From Callorhinchus milii (taxonomy: Eukaryota), in contig NW_024704743.1 of NCBI RefSeq assembly GCF_018977255.1, positions 21,826,001-21,890,000 on the forward strand: a stretch of DNA of 64,000 nucleotides, given 5' to 3'. Every line of letters starts with the position of its first letter. Within the stretch, counting starts at the first letter, position 1. The notes under the pieces were generated by a model that did no database searches, had not been told where the DNA came from, and saw nothing but the letters and a program-made list of their open reading frames with translations. The position numbers were made by a program, and so were the translations under genes. Below, piece after piece: positions 50,070 through 63,029 of this stretch.

Positions 50070-50382
50070 TGATAATAATAATAATCCTTGCATTTGATAT
50101 AGCACTTTTCACGTCGGGAGGACGTCCCAAAGCGCTTCACAGAACACACTGTAAAGTGAATTGACTGTATATTTGTGGGCGAACGGGGCAGCCAATTGCG
50201 CACAGCAAACAGTCGTGGATTGAAAATGACAAATTTTGTTATTGTTTTTGGTTTTGGAGGGATTATTATTAGGCGTGTGGAGTAAGGAAACTTGCCCAAG
50301 GTTTCGCCCTGACCTGCCTGGAATTGAACTCAGGTCTCTCGCTTGCAAAGCGAGTGCTCTAACCACTGAGCTATAGGACTCC
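50070..50382 (-). mobile_element. SINE family B, short form, full length
   Basis: Nearly identical to 52136-52457 in inverted orientation. Confidence 0.88.
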
Positions 50383-51094
50383 ACAATGTCATGAAACAGA
50401 AGTGAATGCATTTGGAGTGAGGAGACACACAGGAACTGCACTTGAAATAAAATCACTTAATGAAATAAACCCATTTGTTGTAGCTAAAATAAGAAAATGG
50501 TTGAAAACCTAACTAGAATGAGACGTTTGATCAAATATTAACTTCTTCCAGACTCTGTGGAGTTCTAATTTATTTTCACTGCATCATTTACCTCCTTCAG
50601 CTTCACTCCTGTAATTTAGTAGAACCACAAAAACACAATATATGAGTTGAGATCACCTCACCCTTCCCACATTTAACCTGTAAGAGAGCTTAAAGCACCC
50701 ATAGATCCATAGCAATTTACAGCACAGAAGAAGGCCATTTGGGCCACTGTGTCCATGGTGGATCTTTAGAGGAGCAATCCTTTCAGAACCTTACCTTACA
50801 CTTATCTGCTTTTTTACCATAACCTGTAGTTTACTCCTTGACCACTTTCCCACAAATGCTTTCTTTAATTTCTAACTATTCAAAAAAAATCATCATGATT
50901 TGATCACTCATTCCACAACTGTTTGTGGTACACTGCTGTGTGCAATTGGCTGCCGCATTTCGCCCACAAAATACAAGGTCACTACACTTTACGGTATATT
51001 CTGTGAAGCGCTTTGAGACGTCCTGAAGATGTGATGAGACACTATATAAAATGTGAAGATTATTATTATTACCTCATATTGTTCCCCTTCGTGG

Positions 51095-51292
51095 CAACCA
51101 ATTGCGCACAGCAGTATCCCACAAACAGTCGTGGATTGAAATGAACCAATTTATTATTGTTTCTTTTCTTGAGGGATTATTATCAGGTGTGTGGAGTAAG
51201 TAAACTTGCCCAAGGTTTTGCAGTGCCGGGAATCGAGCCCAGGTCTCTCTCTTGCGAGGCGAATGTTCTAACTACAGAGCTACGGGACTCCT
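51095..51292 (-). mobile_element. SINE family B, short form, 5' part
   Basis: Head ggagtcccgtagctctgtagttagaacattcgcctcgcaag; lies next to a + strand SINE 3' half at ~50895-51070. Confidence 0.78.
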
Positions 51293-52135
51293 ACTTGATA
51301 GAACTATAATGAATGTGAACTTTTAGCTACTACCAAATAGATGAATCACAAAAGGCTTTGAGAAGCCAGAATTCTTAATACTGCAGCTTTAAACTCTAAG
51401 ATAAGCATGTCAATAGGAAGGCAACTGAATTAGTGTTTATCAGTAGATCTAATCTATTCGATGTAATGTAACAATTCTCTGCCCTCCTCTCAGCTATGGT
51501 TCAGGGCTGGTTTAGATTGACCAGGAAACAAAAATTAAAGCACAAGCAAGAGCTGTATACACAGTATTTAGATGCATGAAATAAGTGAATCTGTTCTTGA
51601 ATATTCTATCAAACCTCTTACAAAAAGCTACTGTTCATGGGTATTGGGGATTTTGGGGGTGGGCACTTGGACGGGCAGACTGGTCCCTGGGATTCTTCCC
51701 ATTTAGTTCCTGTTAATTCTGTAAGCCAATGGACTATCAGGAGAAGCAGTGTTAAAGTTTCCCAGGCAGTACTTTCAATGGCAAGCTACACGTTTTAGCT
51801 TGTTAAACATTAGCAGTACCTCAATGCAAACTCTGCAATTCCCAAACTTTGGAGCTTGCCAAGATTGACCTAAGTTCTTCTGGAGAGAGAGTATGCACTC
51901 CACACCAAATAAATAGAAATTGTACATAAATGAATCCTCAATACTTTAGTTTGAAGTCTCTTAAGCATGGTGATGAGTTTCCATGTATGTTATTCACCTG
52001 ACACACGATAATAGAAAATGTCTCAGGCTTTGTTCTGTTTTATAATAATAATAAAACTAACATTTGATATAGCACCTTATCATGCCACTGAAACAACTCA
52101 AAGCAATTTACAGGATTTACTATAATGAACTTTGC

Positions 52136-52457
52136 GGAGTCCTGTAGCTCAGTGGTTAGAGCACTCGCTTTGCAAGTGAGAGACCTGAGTTCAATTCCAG
52201 GCAGAGGGCGAAACCTTGGGCAAGTTTCCTTACTCCACACAGAGCCTAATAATAACCCCTCCAAAACCAAAAACAATAATAAAAAATTGGTCATTTTCAA
52301 TCCACGACTGTTTGTGGGACATTGCTGTGCGCAATTGGCTGCCGCGTTCGCCCACAAATATACAGTCAATTCACTTTACAGTGTGTTCTGTGAAGCGCTT
52401 TGGGACATCCTCCTGACATGAAAAGCGCTATATCAAATGCAAGGATTATTATTATAA
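52136..52457 (+). mobile_element. SINE family B, short form, full length (best reference copy), inserted into a Deu-SINE tail
   Basis: A box TAGCTCAGTGG, B box GAGTTCAATTCC, anticodon arm CTCGC-TTTGCAA-GTGAG (TGC, Ala). Tail aagcgctttgggacatcc..aaagcgctatatcaaatgcaagga(TTA)n. Probable TSD TATAATG at 52121-52127 and 52453-52459. Confidence 0.92.
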
Positions 52458-53379
52458 TGTGCAGTGACTATATTTGTAGGTGAACACAGCAATTTGCACA
52501 CAGCAATATCCCACAACGCAAACAGTCATGAAGTGAATGACTAATCTTATCTGGAGGATTGTTGGCCAGGAAACAAGAAGAAACTCCCTTCTCTTATTTG
52601 AATAGTTCCATAGTGTGTTTAGTGTCCATCTCAACAGACAGACTGGACCTTGATTTAACATCTCATTCGAAGAACAGTACCTCTGAGAACGCAGTGCTCC
52701 CCCAACATTGCAATGGGGCGTTATCCTAGAGTGTGAGTGTAATGAATGAATACATTTTGCATGAGAGGCTTACGGCAGAAGCATGCATTTTGAAAAAATG
52801 GGCTTCACCCCTTTTTTTTACTCATTCTTACATGTGTTTAATGGAGAGGAAGCTCCCGTATAACCTTAAATCACAGCTTCAACTTCAGAGTGTTCCATAT
52901 TGAACTTGCTAGGGCTTTAATGTCAGTTTGGCTTGAAGCTGAAACTAAACTCCATATGAACCTAAAAACCACCCTAGTGAGGGCACCAAAGCTTTAGGCA
53001 TGCATTCTGATTCCAAATTCAGTTTTAAAAAAGAATGCGTTACTTCACCTACAAAGATTTTACTACAAATAAACAAATTCAGATTTGCAATAGCTTTCAA
53101 TTTTCTTTGCCTGCAGAGAGATAAATGAGGTGTTATCTGTTGGTCACAGTCCAGGGATGATTCAAATCAACCTTTATCATCGCTTCCACCATCCAATCTA
53201 AGGAGCTTCTTTGCCGTCTAAACCTCTTTTCTGCTTAGCCTGTTGTTAAAAAGGACCAATTTTCCTGGATTCAAAATCCATTATGTTTTACGCAACTACT
53301 CGATATCTTGTTGTTGTCTGAAGTGAATTTGATTTTCAGAAACTATACACAATGACCTACCAAAATGCTAACCGAATTC

Positions 53380-53660
53380 AGTTAGTGGCACTCTGGCCCC
53401 CAAGACAGATGGTTCTAATCCCACATTGGGATTTTGAACTCACAAAGTCTGTTCCAGGGTGGCATGCGGAGAATGCTATATTGTTAGAGATGCCATCCTT
53501 TGGATGAGACATAAAACTGAGGTTTCTTCAGCCGATTCAGGTGGATGTTAAAGATATCACACAGCACTATTTGAAAAGAGAAGAGAGTTTCTCCCACTGT
53601 CCAGGCCAACAATTCCCCAGATAAAATTGTTCATTCGGTTTGTAGCTGATTGTGGGTGTG
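53380..53660 (+). mobile_element. Deu-domain SINE (family A)
   Basis: gatgccatcctttggatgagacataaaactgagg..gtccaggccaac. Confidence 0.72.
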
Positions 53661-53699
53661 GTAATTATTTTTCACCTACAATCATTCACCTACAAAATA

Positions 53700-54215
53700 C
53701 ACAACACCAACAACAAATTGCATTTATGTAGCACCTTTCATGTCGAGAACATGCCCCAAGGTGCTGGGACAGTCTTTGCACCTGACAGACAGAGACAGAT
53801 TTGCACCTGAGCTGAGGGTTACAATTAAGATGGGTGAAGGTCAAGGAGGGTGTGGGTGCGAGGATGACTGGAGGCACGTCAAAGAGGAAGGACTTAGAAG
53901 GGTCTTGAAGAAGGCAAGGGAAGTGAAGGAACTTTGATTTGGGGTTCCAGCGGATGGGGGCAGGAAGGCCAGACTGCCGATGGCGGGTGGGCAGGGTGGG
54001 GATATGGGCAGGTCAGCGCATGCCGAGGGGAGGGAGGGGGCAAGTGGTAAGCTTTTAGCAGATTGAAGACCATGGAGAGCTTTAAAAGTGAGCATGAGGA
54101 TCTTAAACTCGATCCTCTGGGGATGGGAAGCCAGTGATGCCAGGCGAGGATAGGGCTGATCGGTTCACGGAGCTTGGTACAGGAAATAATAAGCAGCTTG
54201 TGGAGGAAAGAGTCA
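53700..54215 (-). mobile_element. Degraded L2 3' fragment
   Basis: PISPILAWHHWLPIP, LTFKALHG, plus tail. Confidence 0.8.
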
Positions 54216-55719
54216 CTAGACTTTCCAGCAAATCCTATGAAGCAGTTTGAGATGTTTCTATAAAGCACTAAATCAATTGCAAGAATTATGATTCCTCCAT
54301 TCTNAAAAACATTTCCTTGTGTCATTGCTGTGTGTATGTTGTGCGTGTGTCCGGGTGACACTTTTTACCATTTGAGACAATCTCCTGTTGTGAAAGATGT
54401 TATATAAATATAAATTTGTTTTGTATTGTGTTATAAACTCCTGCAGCTGCTATAAAAGGCTGTGGACTGCAGAAAACTGCAGTCGTGTTAAGTTAATTCC
54501 AGAAATGACTCATACTGAAGCATTAATATATAATGAGTCAATGTCTCTTCTGAACAACAACACTTTCTAAAGATACACAAGGTCTCAACGTGACTCAGTT
54601 TGGCAGGAGCTTGGATAAGGCCACATTTCTGACAGAATCAAAATATTGCTGTTCTATTAAACGATAATTGAACAATTGTTTAAAACAGTATCGAAGGGCA
54701 GGACTAGGAGAGTATCTTGCTTCACCAACTTTTAAACACATTTAAACAAATTATGTTCTTAATGTTAAATGAATGAATTCAACAACAACAACTCAACTTA
54801 CATTTGTTTAGCCCCTTTCACGTCGGGAGGACGTCCATTCTTTCTTTATTGAACTCAAAATAATAAAACTGCCATTCAGCGCTCAAAATGTAAGTGTTAA
54901 TAACAATTGATATCATGATTAAAACAGTGAGAAATCTTCTGCATTCGACAACAAATTGCATTTATATAGCGCCCCTCCCACAGGGCAGCATTCAAAACTT
55001 AGTTTTGTTAATTACAAAAATAATCTATAGCTCCAGACAGATACCCATAGATACCTCCACACTAACCTATAGATATGGAGTCAGCATACTTTGAGATACA
55101 GTAAATAAATATGACAACTTGTGTTAAAAAACAGCACTGAAAGACTGACATACAAGCGTTACAATTTGTTCATACTGCATTTGGTTTGCTGGACCTTTAG
55201 AAAGACTCCTATTTTTTTCAATGTTATTTTTTTCAACGTCCTGGTGTTAATAATCAATATGTTTGACTTGCTTCGCAAAATCATTCACTTCATGGCTGTT
55301 TGCGGAACATTGCTGCGTGCATATTGGTTACCTCGTTCAATACACTTTACAAAAAATCCTGTGAAGCACTTTGAACATCCTCCTGGTGTGAAAGATGCTA
55401 ATATATTTATTATTACTATTATTATTATAAAATTCAAGTATTATTATTCAAAATCTAGTTTTTAAACTGAGAGTAATTTCACCCCTTATACTGTGGTACA
55501 TTTAACCATTGTATAAATGTAAATTGTTGTTTGGTCAGTTCTTGGGGTGTGTTTCCTGCACAGCTTGGGTCCAGTTTGCTCTTCTATTGGAACTGCTGCC
55601 ATTTCAAACTATGATACATTACAGCTCAACAAATATTTCCTTCTTCCGTTGTGCTCTTATGAATTCAACTCTACCCATAAGAATAACACAGACATGTAAA
55701 GCAGTTACAGCTCAGCAGG

Positions 55720-55935
55720 TGAGACATTACCTCACTTGCCTCAACTCTCCGACCGCCTAACCCCATATCAGCCTGTTTGCTCCCACCACTCGGTGGACCC
55801 CGGTCTGCTTCAGGTCACCCGCACTTCCCACCCCACCATCGGTGGTCGGGCATTCAGCAACTCGGCCCCCACACTCTGGAACTCTATCCTGCAGTCCCTC
55901 ATCCCCTTTCTTACCCGCTTCAAGTCCAGTCTAAA
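55720..55935 (+). mobile_element. L2 ORF2 C-terminal fragment
   Basis: [18 protein letters not shown]. Confidence 0.8.
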
Positions 55936-55939
55936 GATG

Positions 55940-56860
55940 TGGAGTAGAAAGGAAAAGATGTGGGGTAGAAAGGATAGGTGAGGGTCAAACAGGATGCCAA
56001 GGTTCTGGACCGGCTTAGTAAGGTGCAGTGTGCATCCATGGATGGTGATGCTGTCAGCGCATGAGGTGAGGAGGGGCTGAATGGAGCCAATCAGGAGAGC
56101 CTCGGTCTTGTTGACATTCAACTGAAGAAAGTTAGCTCTCATCCAGGACTTGATGTCTGACAGACATTCTGTCAGGACAGCAGTGGTCCTGGAGTCAAGG
56201 GTGGAGGCAGAGAGGTACAGTTGGGTGTCATCCACATACATGTGGAAGTTGACCCCATTTCTGCGGATGATGTCACCAAGAGGGAGCATATAGATATTGA
56301 AGAGGAGGGGACCAAGGACAGAGCCCTGAGGAACCCACACGAGATGGTGCGGGGGCTAGAAAAGACATGGTTTGCGGAGATGAAGTGGAGGCGGTGTGAG
56401 AGGTACAAACTGAACCATTCAAGAACAGAACCATGAAGGTTGAGGTGAGGTGAGAGGAGAGGCGACGAATGAGGATCTAGTGCTCAACGGTGTTGAAGAC
56501 AGCAGAGACGTCAAGGAGGACAAAAAGGCAGAGGGAGCCCTCGTCGCAGATGGACAGAATGTCATTTGTCACTTTGACCAGGGCTGTTTCTGTCCTGTAG
56601 GCAGCACGGAAACCCGATTGGAATGGTTTGTGAAGGGAGTGGCGGGAGAGGAAGGAGCGAAGCTGGGAAGCAACGACTCATTCCAGGACCTCGGAGAGAA
56701 AAGGAAGGTTGGAGATGGGGAGGTAGTTTGAGAGCAGGAATGGGTCCAGGTAGGGTTCTTTAATGATAGGAGTGATGATGGCCATTTTTAAAGGGTTGGG
56801 AATGGTACCATGGACAGGGAGAGGTTTATGATGTCTGTGAGTAGAGGAGCAAGGAGGATC
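55940..56860 (-). mobile_element. L2 RT-domain fragment
   Basis: [45 protein letters not shown]. Confidence 0.92.
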
Positions 56861-58224
56861 TCACATTGAGCATTGAGAGACCAGCGTGGGAGCTAAGAAT
56901 GCGGGAAAACAGGCCCAGTGAGGGAGCCAGACCTAACATGGGACCAGTGGTACTGGTGAGCGGGACTGGGTGAGAGCTGAAAAGTGTGATTGGTGACCAA
57001 AGACATTGTGCGTGTGCGAAGGGCCCATTGCTATGGGAACAAGGTAGCTTAGGTAGGCAAACTCATTGATTGCCTCAGCAGCCAAAAAGGTCACCAGCCA
57101 CCACTAACGTTCAGTCATAAATGATAAAATGATAAAAAAAAGTCTTGTTCTAGAGATAGTGAATTGTAAATTGCTGATATAAATTCTAGCCTGGGGAACA
57201 ATGTGTTAAGCTGCAGCAGGCCGGGGGAAAATAAAGATCAGCAAACATTAAAAGAGCACGTCTGAACTTTTGATTCTTCACAGGAGAGTGACTCAACTTC
57301 CTGTGAAGATCAGATGAAAATGCTGCAAAGCAATGGCATTTCATCAAAAATAGCTGTGCTTCTGGTTCAGCAAAGCCAATCAGAACGATGAGCACAAAGG
57401 TACATCAAAGGCCTTGCACCTTAAACATGTTAGTAAATTCCACATAGATCAGATGGGCTTCACTGAACTCTGTTCCATGTGAGCAGTCACCTCCCCATAT
57501 CCAGTCTGAGATCTGCAATAACAAGGCTGTTTTTTCCTTTTTTTTAAATCCATGATTAATTAAAAAAATGTTTCTTTGAAAATACGATTGCGTATCTTTT
57601 TTGAACAAACTACAAAACAGAATGATAGATATGAGATACCCAGCTGATCATTTTTTCTTTTCCCCTCTCCAGTAATCTGGAGACAAAAAACTGGAGCAAA
57701 CTGCAAATTAACAATTAATCCTTCAGTGTGAGCTTCACACACCAATGGCGCAGACCACACAAGCAGCTGTCATATACAGGAACCATTGAAAAGCTACTTT
57801 AACACTGAATGAAGCCATCTAATAACATTCACAGAATGTACTCAAATAGCTGACAGATTCCCTCAGGGTATTTCAAGCCAGTAATTCAATCTTAGGGTTC
57901 AGATGGCAGTTAAAAACTTCTCTAGTTTTGCATTTACACTTTATAAACTTGCCATTTACACTGCCACATAATCACTCTTAGATTTACACCTTCCAGTTCT
58001 TATTCATTTCCCGCCATGTAAATATTATTCCACATTCGACGTTTTTGCAGTTGTGAGCAGAATGATTAGTAATGGGCATTTTGTTTCCTAGGTTAGATCA
58101 GTAAATAAAATTCTTACGGATTACTCCCTGTATGCCACAGTCCAACCAAAAGAACATGAAGGTGATCTCCTGCACCCCACACCTTCTCCTTCATGTGCTA
58201 GTTATAAGAACCACACATCATTGA

Positions 58225-58645
58225 GTGTCAGCCTGCTCGGTTGGTAACACTCTCACCTCTGAATCAGAAGGCTGTGGGTTCAAGCACCATGTCGGGACTT
58301 TAAGCTCATAGTTTAGGCTGACACTCCACTGCAGTGCTGGGGAAGTGCTGCACTGGTAGATGAAATATTAAATTGAGGTCCCGTCTGTCTGTTTAGGTGA
58401 ACGTTAAAAAACCCATAGGGATAGTTGAAAAGAGAAGGGAGTTTTTCTTGATGTACTGGCCAACAATTCCCAAAATAAAATTGGTCATTCACTCCATAGC
58501 TGTTTTGGGGATAGTGCTATGTATAAATTAACTTTTGCAAAATATACAGTCACTACACTTACAGTGAGTCCTGCAAAGTACTTTGAGTTGTTTCAACGAC
58601 ATGAGAAGCAACGTATTAAATGCAAGAATTATTTTATTATTACTC
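58225..58645 (+). mobile_element. Deu-domain SINE (family A), full-length reference copy
   Basis: tRNA-like head (gctcggttggtaacactctcacctctgaatcagaaggctgtgggttcaagc), Deu-like core (aggctgacactccactgcagtgctgggg..gaggtcccgtctgtctgtttaggtg), and tail aaatgcaagaattat. Confidence 0.85.
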
Positions 58646-60169
58646 TGGGACTCTGGCTCAGAGTAATAATAAAAATATGTCTACTCTCCAATTCTCATTG
58701 AAGAGTGAAATTAGGTAATTGGCCATTAGAATAAGATGGATTGCTACTGACCTACTTATCTGCTTCAACCACTGTTCCAGGTAGGATTTTCCATGTAGAG
58801 CATGTATACTTACTAACTTTATGGTTGCAGTTTTGGAGCAACAAGCTATGATGATGCTGATGTTGATTGCGCTTTACAAAACTCTGTGAAATGCTTTGAG
58901 ACATTCTGATGTGATACAGTACTACATCAAATACCAATATTATGATATTGTTATTACTATAAAACAAATATAACCACAAAAAAGTCAATAAATAAAATGT
59001 GAAGACCACAACTTTATTATCAGATTGATCCCATTGTAGACAATATTAGAATTTAATATGCCTTGGAAGTCTTTGTTGCTGTCATGCTATTATTGCGTCA
59101 GCGCTCCCCAGACACCCAGACTGACTAGAATAGGGTTACATACCACATTCAAATGCTTCAAATGCTTCTAAAATACTAGGAGGATAATTACCTGGATTAT
59201 CAATAAGAATTGTTCAAGCAGCAAATCATTAAATTTTTTCAGAAACCTTTTAAGTTCCATACAGGCTGTTAGAACTACTGATGGAAGCATATGACTCATG
59301 CAATTTTTGTAGTACTGCTCCTCCAATTCACATTTTTAACAAAGAATAGACACAGCTGATTGTTTGAATCTTCGTTTCACCCCAGAAACATTTATGCAAC
59401 ACCTTTCTTTAGTTAACTAAATTCTCAAACGTCATTGGAGGGCAGGCATTCAACCATTCTGCCCCCACTTTCTGGAACTCCATCCTGGAGTCCCTCTGAC
59501 TTTCTCACCCCCTCCCCTCATTTAAGGCAAGTCTCAAGACATACCTCTTTGACCGCGTTTTCGGTTATCTTTCCCCTCCTCGCCACACTCAACTCTCACC
59601 CTGTCATGGACACCTTGTTTTTATTAGTACCCTACCTTGTTCTAATGATATTTGCTGTAGATAGTCTGTGTATAGAGAGTTTGTGTCAAAATAAGCCACT
59701 TCGAGTTAAGCGCAATTATAATCCCGGCACCGAAAATACGACTTAAAGTGGTATTGCATTCGAGACACAAAGTCTGTGACCTGGGTGAGTGTTGCAACAA
59801 AAATTGGTGGAAAAGGTATGGTGCTTATAAGGACCAATAAAATACTGTGTTTTCTAAAAAGTGCCATCGCATCTGTTAAATTCTGGAGGAAAGGAGAAAC
59901 ACAAGCAGCTGATGTCAGCTGTTTGGGAGGACGAAAGACATTGATTGACGCCTCGCATTGTTACGCTATAAAGCATTGGGACCACCTGACATTGTGTTAA
60001 TTCTCACATAGTGAAGTCTCACATAGAGAGGGAACTTGAACGTCACAGAGACTACATGCTTTCCCAACATGAAAGGCGCTACATAAATATAACTTGTATA
60101 AGAGCTCTGAGATGCTACTCTGCGTGAGAGGTGCTATATAAATGCAAGTTGTTGTTGTATTGTATTTAA

Positions 60170-60545
60170 TAATCATATGACTCGCATTTGATATAGTGCC
60201 TTTCCACATCATCAAGATGTCTCAAAGAATATACTGTAAATTGACTTGAGTGCATATTTTGTGGGCGAAATGCGGCAGCCAATTGAGCACAGCAGTGTCC
60301 CAGAAACAGTCGTGGATTGAGTGACCAATTTATTTTGATTATTTTTTTTTGAAGGAACTCTTACTCCTGGAAAAGCGATCCACCAACCGACAAACAACCG
60401 GGTTCCTATTTACTGCTTGGTAAACAGAGGCGTGTGGAGTAAGGAAACTTGCCCAATGTTTCACCCTGCCAGGAATCTAATCCAGGTCTTTTGCTTGCAA
60501 GGCAAGTGTTCTAACCACTTAGTTAGAGTACTTAGCTACAGGACT
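60170..60545 (-). mobile_element. SINE family B, long form
   Basis: Head, central block and tail. Confidence 0.82.
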
Positions 60546-60589
60546 ACAAGAATTTTAGGTCCATTCTTAATGAAAATGTATTAAATAAT

Positions 60590-60920
60590 AATATAGTGCT
60601 TTTCACATCAGGAAGACATCTCAAAGCGGTTCACAGATTTTACAATAATGTATACTGACTGCATTTTTTGTAGATTGGGGCAGCCAATTGCAAATAGAAA
60701 TCTCCCACAAACAACCAATGAAGTGAATGACCAATGTTATCTGGGGGATTGTTGGGCAAGGCACTGGGACAAATTCCCTTCTCTTTTTAAGTAGTGCCAT
60801 AGGATCTTTAATGTCCACCTGAACAGGCAGAAAGGCCTTTGGTTTTAATGTCTCATCCAAAGAACAGCAGCTGCAATAATACACCCCTCTTCCCTCCCAG
60901 TATTATCTGGAGTGTCGGCC
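60590..60920 (-). mobile_element. Deu-domain SINE (family A)
   Basis: Deu core plus tail. Confidence 0.75.
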
Positions 60921-63029
60921 TATGGATGAGACATTAACACACGTCACCATGGACCCAAGGTTACCACAGGATAACTTCAGTTTAGAGAGGGGGTTAGAAT
61001 ATATAACATCAATGAACAGTATAACCAGCTCACTGTGGAAATAATTAGATTTCTCTTTTTATTCCAAAACAGAAGATTGATAATCAATCACTTTCCTTCC
61101 CTACAGGTCTGCGACCGATCCCTTGGCAAGTCATCTACAAATGTGATTTTAGATTGCTGTTCCTGCAGCGAGCTCAGCGAATATCTTACAGTCTTAGGGG
61201 AAAATGGAATTCTAAACTCCAATATAAATATTAAATGCTGCAAATATTCCATAAACTACAAACGTTACAGCTGTCCTTTTAGAGATAATCATTCTTCTTG
61301 TCTCAAACATCTGAACGATGATGAAGCAGATTTCAAAGCATTGGTTGGTGTCACAAACCCTGGTCCTCTTTCTGGCAATTAAATATAAATCAAGTATAAT
61401 AGTTATTAAATCACACTCATTGTATTAGATAGGGAACTTGCAAGGTCACACTGTACATTATTTTGCTCTTTAAAATTAAATCCACAAGACAAGGAATTCA
61501 TAAAGTCATTCCAATACTGTTCCCTCCCTTTGCAATTCAATTTAGAATTTAATTTGCTCTTGTCCTACTACTTAAAGATCAATCAGCAGTTAATTCGCCA
61601 GTAAACTAATATAGCTTTTATCACTGCTGAGATTATTTTGGACCAGACCACAACCTCTGTACCCCTGTGAAGCTTTCTGTCTGATTTAATGGTATTAACT
61701 TCATATTTATTTTGCTTATTTTACGACACCGATTTGTTGCCATGAAACTGTTCGATTAAGGAAGAAATTTAATTTGTTGACACATTAGTTTTGTTTAGGG
61801 GCATAATAAATGTGAACTTGAGAAATTGGAACATATCAAGAACTGATATAATTTAACAATTTTAAACAAATTCCATGGAGGAACCAGAGTGAATAAAATA
61901 ATAATTAAAAAATAATAATAATGTGGTCACTCAATCCACAACTGTTTGTGGGACACTGCTGTGCATTATTGGCTGCTACGTTTCACCCACAAAATAGAGT
62001 TGATTTACTTTACAGTATATTCTGTGTCGCGGTTTGAGACATCTCAACGATGTGATATCAAACAATGTGACCCTATATCAAATGCAAGGATTGATATAAT
62101 AAGAAACTATTATCTAGCTTTCCTTGTTTTTGTGTTATGGGATCTTTATAAAAATAATAATCCTTGGATTTAGTATAGGGTCCTTCACTTTGGAAGGATG
62201 TCCAAAGTGCTTCACAGGATATTCTGCAAAATGCAGAGACTGGGTATTTTGTAAGCGAACTTGGCAATCAGTCTGCACAAAGCAAAATCCTACAGACAGA
62301 CAGACTACAAACGGTCGATGAACAATTTTATCTGGAGGTCGTTGGCATAGGGAGAAACCCTCTTCTCCTTTTTGTAAAATACCAAGGGATCTTATGAATT
62401 GTTCCTTGGCTTTATGTCTCACCTAAATGATAACACCTCCAATGCAATACAATACAAAATTACATTTGTATAGCGCCTTTCACATCGGGAGAACATCCAA
62501 GAACGCAGTTCACCCCAGGACTGCATTGGAATGTCATTTTAGACTATATAAGATTAAAATTGTAATATGGGGCTTGAGGCAAGAGTCCTACCAACTTTAA
62601 TGACAACCTGAACAGGCAGATGAAATCTTGGTGTAAAACCTTGGTGTGGAGCCTTTGAAAAACAGTACTTCTAAACCCCTCAGCACTCCATCAGTTACTT
62701 CCTGAATTCAAGGGAGCTCAAGTGTCAATTAAATTGTGAAACATTGCCTGTTCAAGAGGAATGTTTTAAGATGGATGAGTGCCACGAGTCATTTCCTGCT
62801 TCCACAAAATAAGAATTCAAATATTCGTATCTTTGTGAGAAGGACCGACTAGAAGGGCAGAAAATTTGATCCTAATTGTACCCAGGTAACAACAACAACT
62901 TGCATTTATATAGCACCCTTCACTGAAACATTATTCACTCCAGGGTGACACCTTCCCTCTCACCACCTGGTTAAAGCACTTTGAGACACTACCCTGTGTG
63001 GAGGGCGCTATACAAATGCAAATTGGTGT

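Noticed and set aside
52136..52210. tRNA-Ala(TGC)-like cloverleaf (also at ~17530-17597 and ~50310-50382)
   Set aside because: The acceptor stem is poor and the sequence runs straight into a SINE body and tail in multiple copies. These are SINE heads, not tRNA genes.
59905..59925. Palindromic double E-box CAGCTGATGTCAGCTG
   Set aside because: Too short to distinguish from chance without conservation data.
4458..62200. Recurrent TAATCCTTGCATTTGATATAG motif suggesting a CRISPR-like array or clustered OTX/CRX sites
   Set aside because: Irregular spacing, both orientations, and always part of the SINE 3' tail.
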